Part shown: positions 27,229 through 36,042 of the stretch, piece by piece
Layout of the letters: each line of letters starts with the position of its first letter
Numbering within the stretch: position 1 is the stretch's first letter
Origin: Bacteroidales bacterium
GTDB taxonomy: Bacteria; Bacteroidota; Bacteroidia; Bacteroidales; DTU049
DNA: 64,000 nucleotides
Direction of reading: 5' to 3'
Assembly: GCA_026418905.1 (NCBI GenBank)
Contig: JAOAAK010000014.1
Coordinates: forward strand, 6,231-70,230
Translations under genes and position numbers: made by a program
The notes under the pieces: model-generated
Told to the model about the DNA's origin: nothing
The model's input: the letters and a program-made list of their open reading frames with translations, nothing else
Databases searched by the model: none

Positions 27229-28317
27229 ATGGAAGAAAATCAAGTAGGCCAGGTATACACCCAAAAGTGTACTCAATGTGGTGCTTTTTTGGTTTTTTCT
27301 CCAGGAACAAATGCTCTTACGTGTCCATATTGTGGCGATGTGCAAACTTTTTCACCAGAGAAAGCTAAAAATATTGAAGAACAAGATTTTCTTGAACATT
27401 TTGATAAAATTGCTTCGGAAGAACAAGTATCGTGGACTACGATTCAATGCCCTTCATGTGGTGCTATGTCTCGCTATGATGCCTATAAAATAGGGGACAT
27501 ATGCCCATTTTGTGGAGTACCCATAGTTGTAGAAAAAACTTCCATTGCTCGTGTCATTAAACCTCAAGCTCTTATTCCGTTTCAAATTGATGTCAAAAAA
27601 GCTTACCTTATTTTCCAAAAATGGAGAAAAAAACTATGGTTTGCTCCAACCTCATTCAAAAAGTGGCTCATAAACCCTGAAAAATTTAAAGGCGTTTATA
27701 TTCCATACTGGACTTACGATACTTTTACTTCTACATATTATCGCGGCCTACGTGGAGATTATTATTACGTGACGGTTACCTATGTCGAACAGGGTCAAAC
27801 AAAAACTCGGAGCGAACAACGAATCAGATGGACACCAGTAAGCGGTTTGGTTCAGCATTTTTTTGATGATGTTTTAGTCGTTGCAAGTAAAAATCTTCCG
27901 ACGAAATATATTTATCAACTTGAGCCATGGAATCTCGAGAATATTAACCCCTATGATGAACGTTATCTTTTGGGTTTTCAGACAGAAATGTATCAGATTG
28001 GACTTAAAGAAGGATTTGAAATTGCAAAAACTCGCATGGATCCTATAATTAATCAACTTATACGTCAAGACATAGGAGGCGATCAGCAACAAATTCATTA
28101 CAAACAAACATCGTACGACAAAATCACTTTCAAACACATCCTCCTTCCTATATATTTAAGTAGTTTTCGCTATAAAAATAAAGTTTATCGTTTTTTGATC
28201 AATGGGCAAACAGGGGAAATAAAAGGTGAAAGACCTTATAGTTTTTGGAAAATATTCTTTTTTGTTTTGAGTGTTTTGATTGTTCTAGCAGGAATTATTT
28301 ATCTTTTTTCTATGTAA
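27229..28317 (+). CDS. Double zinc-ribbon protein with C-terminal TM anchor (YdjG-like partner of the SPFH protein)
   Basis: Two CxxC-x14-CxxC ribbons (C14/17/32/35 and C74/77/92/95), a central domain of about 230 aa with no motif I recognise, and a C-terminal hydrophobic helix FWKIFFFVLSVLIVLAGIIYLF. 6-nt spacer to the SPFH gene. Confidence 0.55.
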   Translation: MEENQVGQVYTQKCTQCGAFLVFSPGTNALTCPYCGDVQTFSPEKAKNIEEQDFLEHFDKIASEEQVSWTTIQCPSCGAMSRYDAYKIGDICPFCGVPIVVEKTSIARVIKPQALIPFQIDVKKAYLIFQKWRKKLWFAPTSFKKWLINPEKFKGVYIPYWTYDTFTSTYYRGLRGDYYYVTVTYVEQGQTKTRSEQRIRWTPVSGLVQHFFDDVLVVASKNLPTKYIYQLEPWNLENINPYDERYLLGFQTEMYQIGLKEGFEIAKTRMDPIINQLIRQDIGGDQQQIHYKQTSYDKITFKHILLPIYLSSFRYKNKVYRFLINGQTGEIKGERPYSFWKIFFFVLSVLIVLAGIIYLFSM

Positions 28318-28358
28318 ATCTTTTAGTTACTCATCTCGCGTATTTTGACTAGATAATG

Positions 28359-28366
28359 TACTTTTG
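28359..28366 (+). promoter_or_regulatory. Bacteroidota -7 promoter box (TAnnTTTG)
   Basis: tacttttg, 7 nt upstream of the ATG at 28374. It overlaps the ORF-track start at 28356. Confidence 0.4.
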
Positions 28367-28373
28367 TAAAAAA

Positions 28374-30482
28374 ATGAAAAGTTTTTTTTTCATGCTATGT
28401 GGGATGATGTGTTTTTTTACTGCAAACCCACAAAAAATTGAATACCCTTCAACCAGGATGGCAGATCATTATGAAACATTTTTTGGTGTCGAGGTGAATG
28501 ATCCTTATCGTTGGCTAGAAGATGAAAATTCGGATGAAACTCGGCAATGGATTGAGCAACAGAACAAAATTACTTTTTCCTTTCTCTCATCCATACCATT
28601 CCGCGATAAAATCAGAGAAAGATTGGTCCAACTTTGGAATTATGAAAAACGTTCTTTACCATGGAGAAAAAAAGACTTGTTTTTTTATTTTAAAAATGAT
28701 GGTCTTCAGAATCAAAGTGTTCTTTACATCAGAAGAGGTGATATGGGTGAAGAAAAAGTACTATTAGATCCCAATTCTTGGTCGAAAGATGGAACAATTG
28801 CTTTAAACCAAACTGTTGTTTCTCACGATGCAAAGTACCTCGCATACAGTTTTTCTCATGCTGGTTCAGATTGGCAAGAAATTAAGGTTATAGATCTCGT
28901 AAACAACAAGGAACTTAAAGACCATCTTCGTGGCGTTAAATTCAGCACGATCGCATGGTATAAAAAAGGTTTCTTTTATAGTGCTTATGATAGTAAGGAC
29001 TCATTAGGAAAGTATTCGAAAAAAAATGAATATCATAAAGTTTTCTATCATCAGCTTGGAACCGATCAAGCTAAAGACAAATTAATATATGAAAATAGAT
29101 CGTATCCTTTGAGAAATTACCAACTATACACGGATGACGATGGAAAATATTTTTTTCTAACTGAATCGGAATCCACATCAGGTAATGCATTGTATTTTAA
29201 AAAGGCGTCATTTAAGAAAGATGGCTCTTGGATAAAGCTTGCTGATGGATTTGATTATGATTACGACATAGTCGAAGTTATAGGAGATAAATTATATGTA
29301 TTAACCAACGAAAATGCACCAAATAAAAAGCTGATAGAAATAGACCTCAAAAATCCAGATCGTTCAGCATGGAAAACCTTCATACCTGAAAAACCACACG
29401 TTATTCAATTCGTAGCTTATGCTTTTGGTAAATGGTTAGTAGTATACCTGGAAAATGCATCGAGTAAATTGTATTTGTTCAATGAAAAAGGGGAAATCCA
29501 AAAAAACATTGATTTAGGCATTGGCAGCGTTGGAGGGATAAGTTCTGAAAAAAATAACCAGGTTGCTTATTTTAGCTTTTCGAGTTTTGCTGTTCCGCCA
29601 AGGATATATTCATATGATGTGATAAGAGATGAGATGAAGGTATTTTGGGAATCGAAAGTTGATTTTCGTCCCGAAGATTTTGAAACCTACCAAGTTTTTT
29701 ATTCTTCCAAAGACGGAACCATAATTCCTATGTTTATTACTCACAAGAAGGATCTTGACAGAAATGGTGATCATCCTGTTTTGTTGTACGGTTACGGTGG
29801 ATTTAATATAAGTTTGACTCCAGCTTTTCGTGTTTCGATTATTCCTTTTCTTGAGTCCGGTGGCATATATTGTGTTCCAAATTTGAGAGGAGGAGGGGAG
29901 TTTGGCGAAAAGTGGCATCAGGGAGGCATGAGACACAATAAACAAAATGTATTTGATGATTTTATCAGTGCCGCAGAATTTTTGATAAAAGAAAATTATA
30001 CAAGACCCGAACGAATTGCTATTCAGGGTGGATCTAATGGTGGGCTACTTGTTGGAGCTTGTATGACACAGCGTCCGGATCTTTTCAGAGTTGCTCTTCC
30101 TGCTGTTGGGGTTTTGGATATGTTACGTTTTCACAAGTTTACCATAGGTTGGGCCTGGATTAATGAGTATGGTTCTCCTGAAAAAGAAGAGGATTTTCAT
30201 TATTTACTCAAATACAGTCCATATCATAACATTAGACCTGATGTCGAATATCCTGCGACACTCGTGACCACAGCCGATCATGACGACAGAGTAGTTCCAG
30301 CCCATTCATATAAGTTTATAGCACGACTTCAGGCATGTCAGGCTGCTGATAATCCGGTATTAATTCGTATCGAAACTAAAGCTGGACATGGAGCAGGTAA
30401 ACCAACTAGCAAGCAAATAGAAGAAGCCACAGATATTCTTAGTTTTATGATGTATTACCTGAAGATGGAGCCAGGATGGTAA
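28374..30482 (+). CDS. Prolyl oligopeptidase (S9A)
   Basis: Signal peptide. DPYRWLED N-terminal motif, GGSNGGLL nucleophile elbow, DHDDRV and GHG. Confidence 0.9.
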   Translation: MKSFFFMLCGMMCFFTANPQKIEYPSTRMADHYETFFGVEVNDPYRWLEDENSDETRQWIEQQNKITFSFLSSIPFRDKIRERLVQLWNYEKRSLPWRKKDLFFYFKNDGLQNQSVLYIRRGDMGEEKVLLDPNSWSKDGTIALNQTVVSHDAKYLAYSFSHAGSDWQEIKVIDLVNNKELKDHLRGVKFSTIAWYKKGFFYSAYDSKDSLGKYSKKNEYHKVFYHQLGTDQAKDKLIYENRSYPLRNYQLYTDDDGKYFFLTESESTSGNALYFKKASFKKDGSWIKLADGFDYDYDIVEVIGDKLYVLTNENAPNKKLIEIDLKNPDRSAWKTFIPEKPHVIQFVAYAFGKWLVVYLENASSKLYLFNEKGEIQKNIDLGIGSVGGISSEKNNQVAYFSFSSFAVPPRIYSYDVIRDEMKVFWESKVDFRPEDFETYQVFYSSKDGTIIPMFITHKKDLDRNGDHPVLLYGYGGFNISLTPAFRVSIIPFLESGGIYCVPNLRGGGEFGEKWHQGGMRHNKQNVFDDFISAAEFLIKENYTRPERIAIQGGSNGGLLVGACMTQRPDLFRVALPAVGVLDMLRFHKFTIGWAWINEYGSPEKEEDFHYLLKYSPYHNIRPDVEYPATLVTTADHDDRVVPAHSYKFIARLQACQAADNPVLIRIETKAGHGAGKPTSKQIEEATDILSFMMYYLKMEPGW

Positions 30483-31363
30483 TCGTCGATATTGATCCAG
30501 CTGCAGGTTTTTGTTTTGGTGTGACGGATGCTATTGTTGCAGCCGAAAAATATCTCGAAAGTCATTCTTACCTTTATTGTTTAGGTGAAATTGTTCATAA
30601 TGATGAAGAAATAAAGCACCTGACAAGCAAAGGACTTCGCATCATCGATAAAAAAGCTTTTGCACGCCTTCAAAACGAAACCGTACTTATTAGAGCACAT
30701 GGTGAACCTCAAGAAACTTATAAGATAGCATTAGAAAACAACATTAAACTATTGGATTTAACTTGTCCAATTGTTAAGAAACTTCAGCAAAGTGTAGCTC
30801 AAACATACGCAAAAAATCAAGGCAATGCTACCATTGTCATATTTGGTAAATCAAATCATCCGGAAGTAATTAGCCTAAAAGGGCAAGTACCAGAAGGTGG
30901 TGTTTGGGTAGTGGAAACCCCAGATGATGTACTTTCTATACCTTTAAATCCACCAGTTTATCTTTTCTCTCAGACAACAAAATCTATTGAGGAATATCGT
31001 GAAGTTGAATTGATGCTAAGAAAAAGTCTTATTTCCAAAAATATCAATCCGGAACATCATTTGTTTGTTCATCACACCATTTGCAAAATTGTTGCTCGTC
31101 GTGCAAATTCACTTATTGATTTTGTAAAAAAATATGACGTTATTTTATTTGTTTCTGGTGAACATAGCTCTAACGGAAAACAATTATATCAGAAATGTAT
31201 CCAACACAATCCTCGTTCTTATTTTATTTCCTCTCTCGCTCAAATTGATTTATTGATTCACGAACTTTTGACTGTCAATTCCATAGGAATTACTGGTGCT
31301 ACCTCTACTTCTTTTAGACAAATGCAAGAAGTTAAGAACTATTTGCAACGAAAGCTTTCTTAG
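30476..31363 (+). CDS. ispH: 4-hydroxy-3-methylbut-2-enyl diphosphate reductase
   Basis: Three cluster Cys contexts (AGFCFGV, LTCPIV, HTICKIV), plus IRAHG and SSN motifs. Confidence 0.9.
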   Translation: MVIVDIDPAAGFCFGVTDAIVAAEKYLESHSYLYCLGEIVHNDEEIKHLTSKGLRIIDKKAFARLQNETVLIRAHGEPQETYKIALENNIKLLDLTCPIVKKLQQSVAQTYAKNQGNATIVIFGKSNHPEVISLKGQVPEGGVWVVETPDDVLSIPLNPPVYLFSQTTKSIEEYREVELMLRKSLISKNINPEHHLFVHHTICKIVARRANSLIDFVKKYDVILFVSGEHSSNGKQLYQKCIQHNPRSYFISSLAQIDLLIHELLTVNSIGITGATSTSFRQMQEVKNYLQRKLS

Positions 31364-34281
31364 TAAGTTTTTATAAAGTACCTCTTTGTTTTTCCATTGA
31401 GATAAAGTAAGTATGTTCCAGGATCAAGATCTGATACATCAATGTTTATTTTATTGAGAGTTGAGATGAACTTGTAATGCTTAATTTCTTGCCCGATAAA
31501 ATCGAAAATTTTTATTGAATGAAGAGGTTCTTCACTAATGATAAATAAATGATCAAACGCAGGGTTGGGATAAATTAATGCAATTGGCTTTTCTTCAGGG
31601 AAAGATAGAACTGGAATGTAGATAGTATCAGAATGGGTAGCCGTGTCACAGCTGTTCCATACATACTGAACAACGTTCCATGGACCAGGACCTTGATAAT
31701 TATGATACGGATTAGCCATATATACATATGAACCATCACCAAAGTCATACTTTATTCCAGTGAAATTTTGAGCAGTAGAAGTGAATTGAACAGTATTTCC
31801 TTGAATGGTGAAAGTAAAGCCTGCGACTGGAGGTGCGATCATGTTAAGGATAAGGGAATCTGTTTTTACCTGACAAACTCCATCGTCGATTATAGCATAG
31901 TATGTACCAGGTGAATTAACTGTGATAGATTGTGTTGTGTCTCCAGTCGGATACCAATTTACACTCTCAGCATTACCTGTCAGCTGTATGATCATGCTAT
32001 CACCCCAACACAGAGTTTGGATGCCAGAAGGAGTAATAGTGATGTCACTTTGGCGAACAATAGCCTGGACAGGCACACGTGGACTTTCACAATATGAATA
32101 GACTTTCCAATCATAGAAAAAGTAATAATAGCCTGTGGGGTTGGTAGTAGCGCTGCTGCTATCAATACTTATGAGACTACCTATTTGATATGGATAAGAG
32201 CAATTAGCGTTATTTCTAAAAAGTCCGCAATTGGAATTAGCCCTGAGTTTGTATCTTGTGCCTGGTTGCAAAGGAATGTTTAAAACTACTTCTTGTATGC
32301 CTGCAGCTAAATTGATAGTAGTATCTTTAACAACTTGGTTTAGGTTGTTAAGCAACGAAAAAGTACGTTGTCCCGATGTCTGAGCATTTACCTTAACTGA
32401 ATATAGAAGACATGGCTCATAAACATTAAAAACGAGATAATGAGCAATGGAAGAGTTCAAAAAACCTCCATTGGAGTTGATTCTGTTGTCTCCTCCCGTG
32501 ATATAAGTAGGGGAAAGAGTTTTTTGAGATACATAATAAGTTGTAGATTGAAGTAAGGGAGTGGTTATGTAGGTATTTCCGTATGCAATAGGGTTACCTT
32601 GTAGGCTGTTGTACCATTGAAGATTATTGCCATTTGCTGTTAAAATAGCTTGCTGTCCTTTACATACAGTGTCTCCGGAAACATTAGATGGGGGATTGGG
32701 CAGGTTAACTGTGATATAATTAGAGCGAATTAAGCTGTCTGAACCGAAAGAATTCCATGACTTCAGTTTGACAGTGTAAGTGCCATTGATTTGGTAGTAA
32801 TGAAGAGGATGTTGTTGTGTTGAAAAAGTACCATCCCCGAAGTCCCAGAGCCAATTGGTAGGGTTATTTGTGGATTGATCGTAAAATTGAATCCATCCGT
32901 CGCAAGTAAAAGTTTTATTGCTTGTCCATTGAGTGATTACAGGGCCTGCTGTTGAAGCAAGTAATGAAATGGTGAGATCGTATTGCCTCGATGTTCCTTG
33001 GCCACAAGCTTGCCAGGTAGTTCCATTGGAACTGACCCAGTTTACCCCAGTTTCAAGCGTGACATTGCTTGCATAACCTGAATATACCTGTTCTACAGGA
33101 ATGGGGTAATTATATCCAGGGGTCAGATACTTGATCTTGATATATATGTCTTCGTTGTTTGATAATGAAATAGGATTAGGAAGGCTAAAAAATCTAAAAC
33201 CAGCATAATCACAATACTTTTGACCTATTGTATCAATCAAGCCCGTAAGAGTTGTTCCATTAAATTGATCGTAAATTTCGATGGAAACATAAGAGCCACC
33301 AGATGCTATAAATGTGCCTATTGCTTTTATGGTTATGTTTCCATTGGCAACAAATTTTGCCAATCCATAACCTGTATTACTATTAAATCCAATATCATTG
33401 ATATTACCAAAAGGAGCATAAGTATAAATCATGTCTCCAGTTTGATAATTATAATAACCAGGAAAAAAGCCAACTTCGCTATTGATACGAGAATCATTAT
33501 AACTTATGTAAAAGTATCCGTTTTCTCCCCAAGAAGTGCCCCAACTGTTTTTACAGATCCATGCACCTGTACCGCCAGCGGTTACTTTGTTGTCGTCCCA
33601 CCCTACCAACGTAACAGCGTGATTAGCGGGATTACTTCCATTGTAATAATACGTGCGTGATGTGGCGTTATAGTAAGCGTCATCGTGATAATAGGATGTA
33701 TAAAGTGCACCATAATCGTAAATAGCTTGTTTTATGGCATTGATATCGTTTGGGATGTATCTACCTTGGGTGACATATTTGACTGGATAAATATTTGTAG
33801 GACAAGGATTAGGAGTTGCCATGTAAGGATCATCTGCTTCAAGCATAACACCACCGCCTCTTGCAAGGTAAGCGAAAGATATATAAATATTACCTCCTTC
33901 GCAAGGAGGATAATCAAAACCATGGCAATTGTTAATATTATCTTCTGATAGGTTATAAGCTCCCAAGCCTGATTTTAACCAAAAAGATTCAATGGAAGCA
34001 CAAGTTGCAAAGGTCCAGCAAGCTCCACAATTGCCTTGATTTTTCACCGAAGTAACCCATCCCAATGTACGTAAATCATACGAGGAAGGTAAATTTTTTG
34101 TTGCCGAAAAAAATTTGGGCTGAAGATGTAAGTTTTTGATAGGTGGGATGTACCCATGAAATCGACCAGGATTTTGAAGATACTCAAGATAATCTGGATT
34201 AACTGGTGCAATTTGAGGTTCTATTTGTGCTTTTGCTGATAAAAAAATAAAAATTAAAGCAAGGCAGAAAATATTTTTCAT
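31360..34281 (-). CDS. Large secreted papain-family (C1) cysteine peptidase with PKD/Ig-like modules and type-A T9SS sorting domain
   Basis: QGNCGACWTFA (catalytic Cys), NHAVTLVGWD (His), KNSWGTSWGENGYF (Asn/Trp). Two PKD-like segments (WDFGDG..., YDFGDG...). C-terminus IYPNPAFDHLFI...GTYLLYLNG...YFIKTY. Confidence 0.85.
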   Translation of the reverse strand: MKNIFCLALIFIFLSAKAQIEPQIAPVNPDYLEYLQNPGRFHGYIPPIKNLHLQPKFFSATKNLPSSYDLRTLGWVTSVKNQGNCGACWTFATCASIESFWLKSGLGAYNLSEDNINNCHGFDYPPCEGGNIYISFAYLARGGGVMLEADDPYMATPNPCPTNIYPVKYVTQGRYIPNDINAIKQAIYDYGALYTSYYHDDAYYNATSRTYYYNGSNPANHAVTLVGWDDNKVTAGGTGAWICKNSWGTSWGENGYFYISYNDSRINSEVGFFPGYYNYQTGDMIYTYAPFGNINDIGFNSNTGYGLAKFVANGNITIKAIGTFIASGGSYVSIEIYDQFNGTTLTGLIDTIGQKYCDYAGFRFFSLPNPISLSNNEDIYIKIKYLTPGYNYPIPVEQVYSGYASNVTLETGVNWVSSNGTTWQACGQGTSRQYDLTISLLASTAGPVITQWTSNKTFTCDGWIQFYDQSTNNPTNWLWDFGDGTFSTQQHPLHYYQINGTYTVKLKSWNSFGSDSLIRSNYITVNLPNPPSNVSGDTVCKGQQAILTANGNNLQWYNSLQGNPIAYGNTYITTPLLQSTTYYVSQKTLSPTYITGGDNRINSNGGFLNSSIAHYLVFNVYEPCLLYSVKVNAQTSGQRTFSLLNNLNQVVKDTTINLAAGIQEVVLNIPLQPGTRYKLRANSNCGLFRNNANCSYPYQIGSLISIDSSSATTNPTGYYYFFYDWKVYSYCESPRVPVQAIVRQSDITITPSGIQTLCWGDSMIIQLTGNAESVNWYPTGDTTQSITVNSPGTYYAIIDDGVCQVKTDSLILNMIAPPVAGFTFTIQGNTVQFTSTAQNFTGIKYDFGDGSYVYMANPYHNYQGPGPWNVVQYVWNSCDTATHSDTIYIPVLSFPEEKPIALIYPNPAFDHLFIISEEPLHSIKIFDFIGQEIKHYKFISTLNKINIDVSDLDPGTYLLYLNGKTKRYFIKTY

Positions 34282-34317
34282 TTTTTTGTTTTTTGACTAT
34301 TTATAAGGTTTAAAAGT

Positions 34318-35166
34318 TTAAAAGAAAAAGCCAAAAGTTACTCCTCCATAAAATTGCAATGGACTCGATATATACTTAAAGTAAGCAATTTTTTCCGATG
34401 TAAAGTAAACTTTTTTTCTTTCTTCCGGGGTAAGGTTAAAGGGAAAAACCCCACCAATTCCTATTCCACCATGGAAATTTAAATATCCATGACTAAATAT
34501 AACTTGAGTATATTCAGCATAAAAAGAAACACTTGGCAAAAAAGATTGAATGTTCTTGATAAACTGCGAACTATCAAGAAGATTAACATAATCGAAGATG
34601 AGATAAGTCAAAGAAATTTGGGGTCCATAATGAAATCCCTGAAACTTAGGACGAACCGACATGGCATTGAACTGTAATGGTTCTTTGGATGTCCATAAAT
34701 AGCCAAGCTGAACACCTCCACCTCGGAAATTAATGTTGTTATAGATCTGTTCTGTGATTTTTTTGTTGTAATATAAGAAATGTAATTTGACAGACCCAAT
34801 GTTGTTTTTTGATATGAATTGTTGATAGCCCGCTGAGACAAAATAATAAAAAGGAGAAAGAGGAGTGAAGAAAATGGCTTTATCTGCTTTAGCTGTTTTT
34901 TTGAGTTTTTTAATAATCTCGGGCATGACAGGAATCATTTTTTCATGTTTTCCGTTTTTGTAGAAAATGGAATCGATGTCATTGATAGAAAATTTTTCGT
35001 AAATAAAAGTTCCTTGTGGTTTAAATGTAACGGCATATTTGCCTTTTCTAATAATGTCGCCAACTATTTTTTGTCCATCATAAGTAACTAAAGTATCTTT
35101 TAAATTTTGAGCAAATAAAAAGAAAGGAATAATGTTCAAAAACAAGATGAAAACCTTACTTTTCAT
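34318..35166 (-). CDS. Hypothetical secreted protein, possible outer-membrane beta-barrel
   Basis: Signal peptide. Alternating aromatic/Gly-rich C-terminal half ending GGVTFGFFF (terminal Phe). Confidence 0.4.
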   Translation of the reverse strand: MKSKVFILFLNIIPFFLFAQNLKDTLVTYDGQKIVGDIIRKGKYAVTFKPQGTFIYEKFSINDIDSIFYKNGKHEKMIPVMPEIIKKLKKTAKADKAIFFTPLSPFYYFVSAGYQQFISKNNIGSVKLHFLYYNKKITEQIYNNINFRGGGVQLGYLWTSKEPLQFNAMSVRPKFQGFHYGPQISLTYLIFDYVNLLDSSQFIKNIQSFLPSVSFYAEYTQVIFSHGYLNFHGGIGIGGVFPFNLTPEERKKVYFTSEKIAYFKYISSPLQFYGGVTFGFFF

Positions 35167-36040
35167 ACATTCGTTTTTTTCTTGCTTTGAGGGTGTTAAT
35201 TAATAAAGCTGCGACTGTTGTTAAGCCCACCCCTCCAGGTACAGGTGTTATCCAAGAAACCTTGTCCTTGACGCTAGAAAAATCCACGTCACCAACAAGT
35301 TTATAGCCGGAAGGATTAGTATTGTCTTCTATTCTATGAATTCCTACATCGATTATGATAGAGTCTTTCTTCACATATTCTTCAGTAATAAATAAGGGTT
35401 TACCCATAGCAACAATGAGAATATCGGCCTGAAGAGTTATTTCTTTAAGATTTTTAGTTTTCGAGTGGCAAATAGTTACGGTAGCATTTCCAGGATAAGT
35501 GGGTCGGCTCATGAGAAGTGCTATGGGTGTGCCCACAATATGACTTCTTCCAATGACTACACAGTGTTTGCCTTCAGTTTCGATTTGGTAATGTTTTAGC
35601 ATCTCGAGAATGCCCATGGGTGTGGCAGGGAGAAACGTATCTTGTCCTAACATCATTTTTCCAAGATTCACCGGATGAAAACCATCTACATCTTTTTCTG
35701 GATCAATAGCAGCAATAATTTGATGTTCATTCAGATGTGCTGGAAGGGGCAGTTGAACAATAAAGCCGTCTACTTCTTCGTCTTTGTTTAGGAAATCAAT
35801 AACTTCAAGCAATTCTTTCTCAGTTGTTGTTTCTGGTAATTTATAAATAGTTGATAAAATGCCGACTTCTTTAGCAGTTTTTTCTTTGTTACTGACATAA
35901 GTTTTACTGGCAGGGTTTTCTCCCACTAAGATGGCAGCAAGGTGTGGAGGTCTTAAGCCTAAATCAATCATTCGAGCAACCTCTTCTTTGATTTTTTCTC
36001 TGATTTGAAGACTTACTTCTTTTCCGTCTAGCAATTGCAT
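35156..36040 (-). CDS. folD: Bifunctional methylenetetrahydrofolate dehydrogenase/cyclohydrolase
   Basis: LAAILVG.NPAS..YV..K, VIGRS.IVG.P and PVPGGVG motifs. Confidence 0.9.
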   Translation of the reverse strand: MQLLDGKEVSLQIREKIKEEVARMIDLGLRPPHLAAILVGENPASKTYVSNKEKTAKEVGILSTIYKLPETTTEKELLEVIDFLNKDEEVDGFIVQLPLPAHLNEHQIIAAIDPEKDVDGFHPVNLGKMMLGQDTFLPATPMGILEMLKHYQIETEGKHCVVIGRSHIVGTPIALLMSRPTYPGNATVTICHSKTKNLKEITLQADILIVAMGKPLFITEEYVKKDSIIIDVGIHRIEDNTNPSGYKLVGDVDFSSVKDKVSWITPVPGGVGLTTVAALLINTLKARKKRMYEK

Positions 36041-36042
36041 AA

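Noticed and set aside
28382-28390. T9 homopolymer in the prolyl-oligopeptidase signal-peptide codons, and another T9 at 43204-43212 in the spacer. I considered both as slipped-strand phase-variation tracts.
   Set aside because: Runs of this length are common in this AT-rich sequence. The first simply encodes Phe-Phe-Phe in a housekeeping peptidase. There is no supporting evidence of variability.
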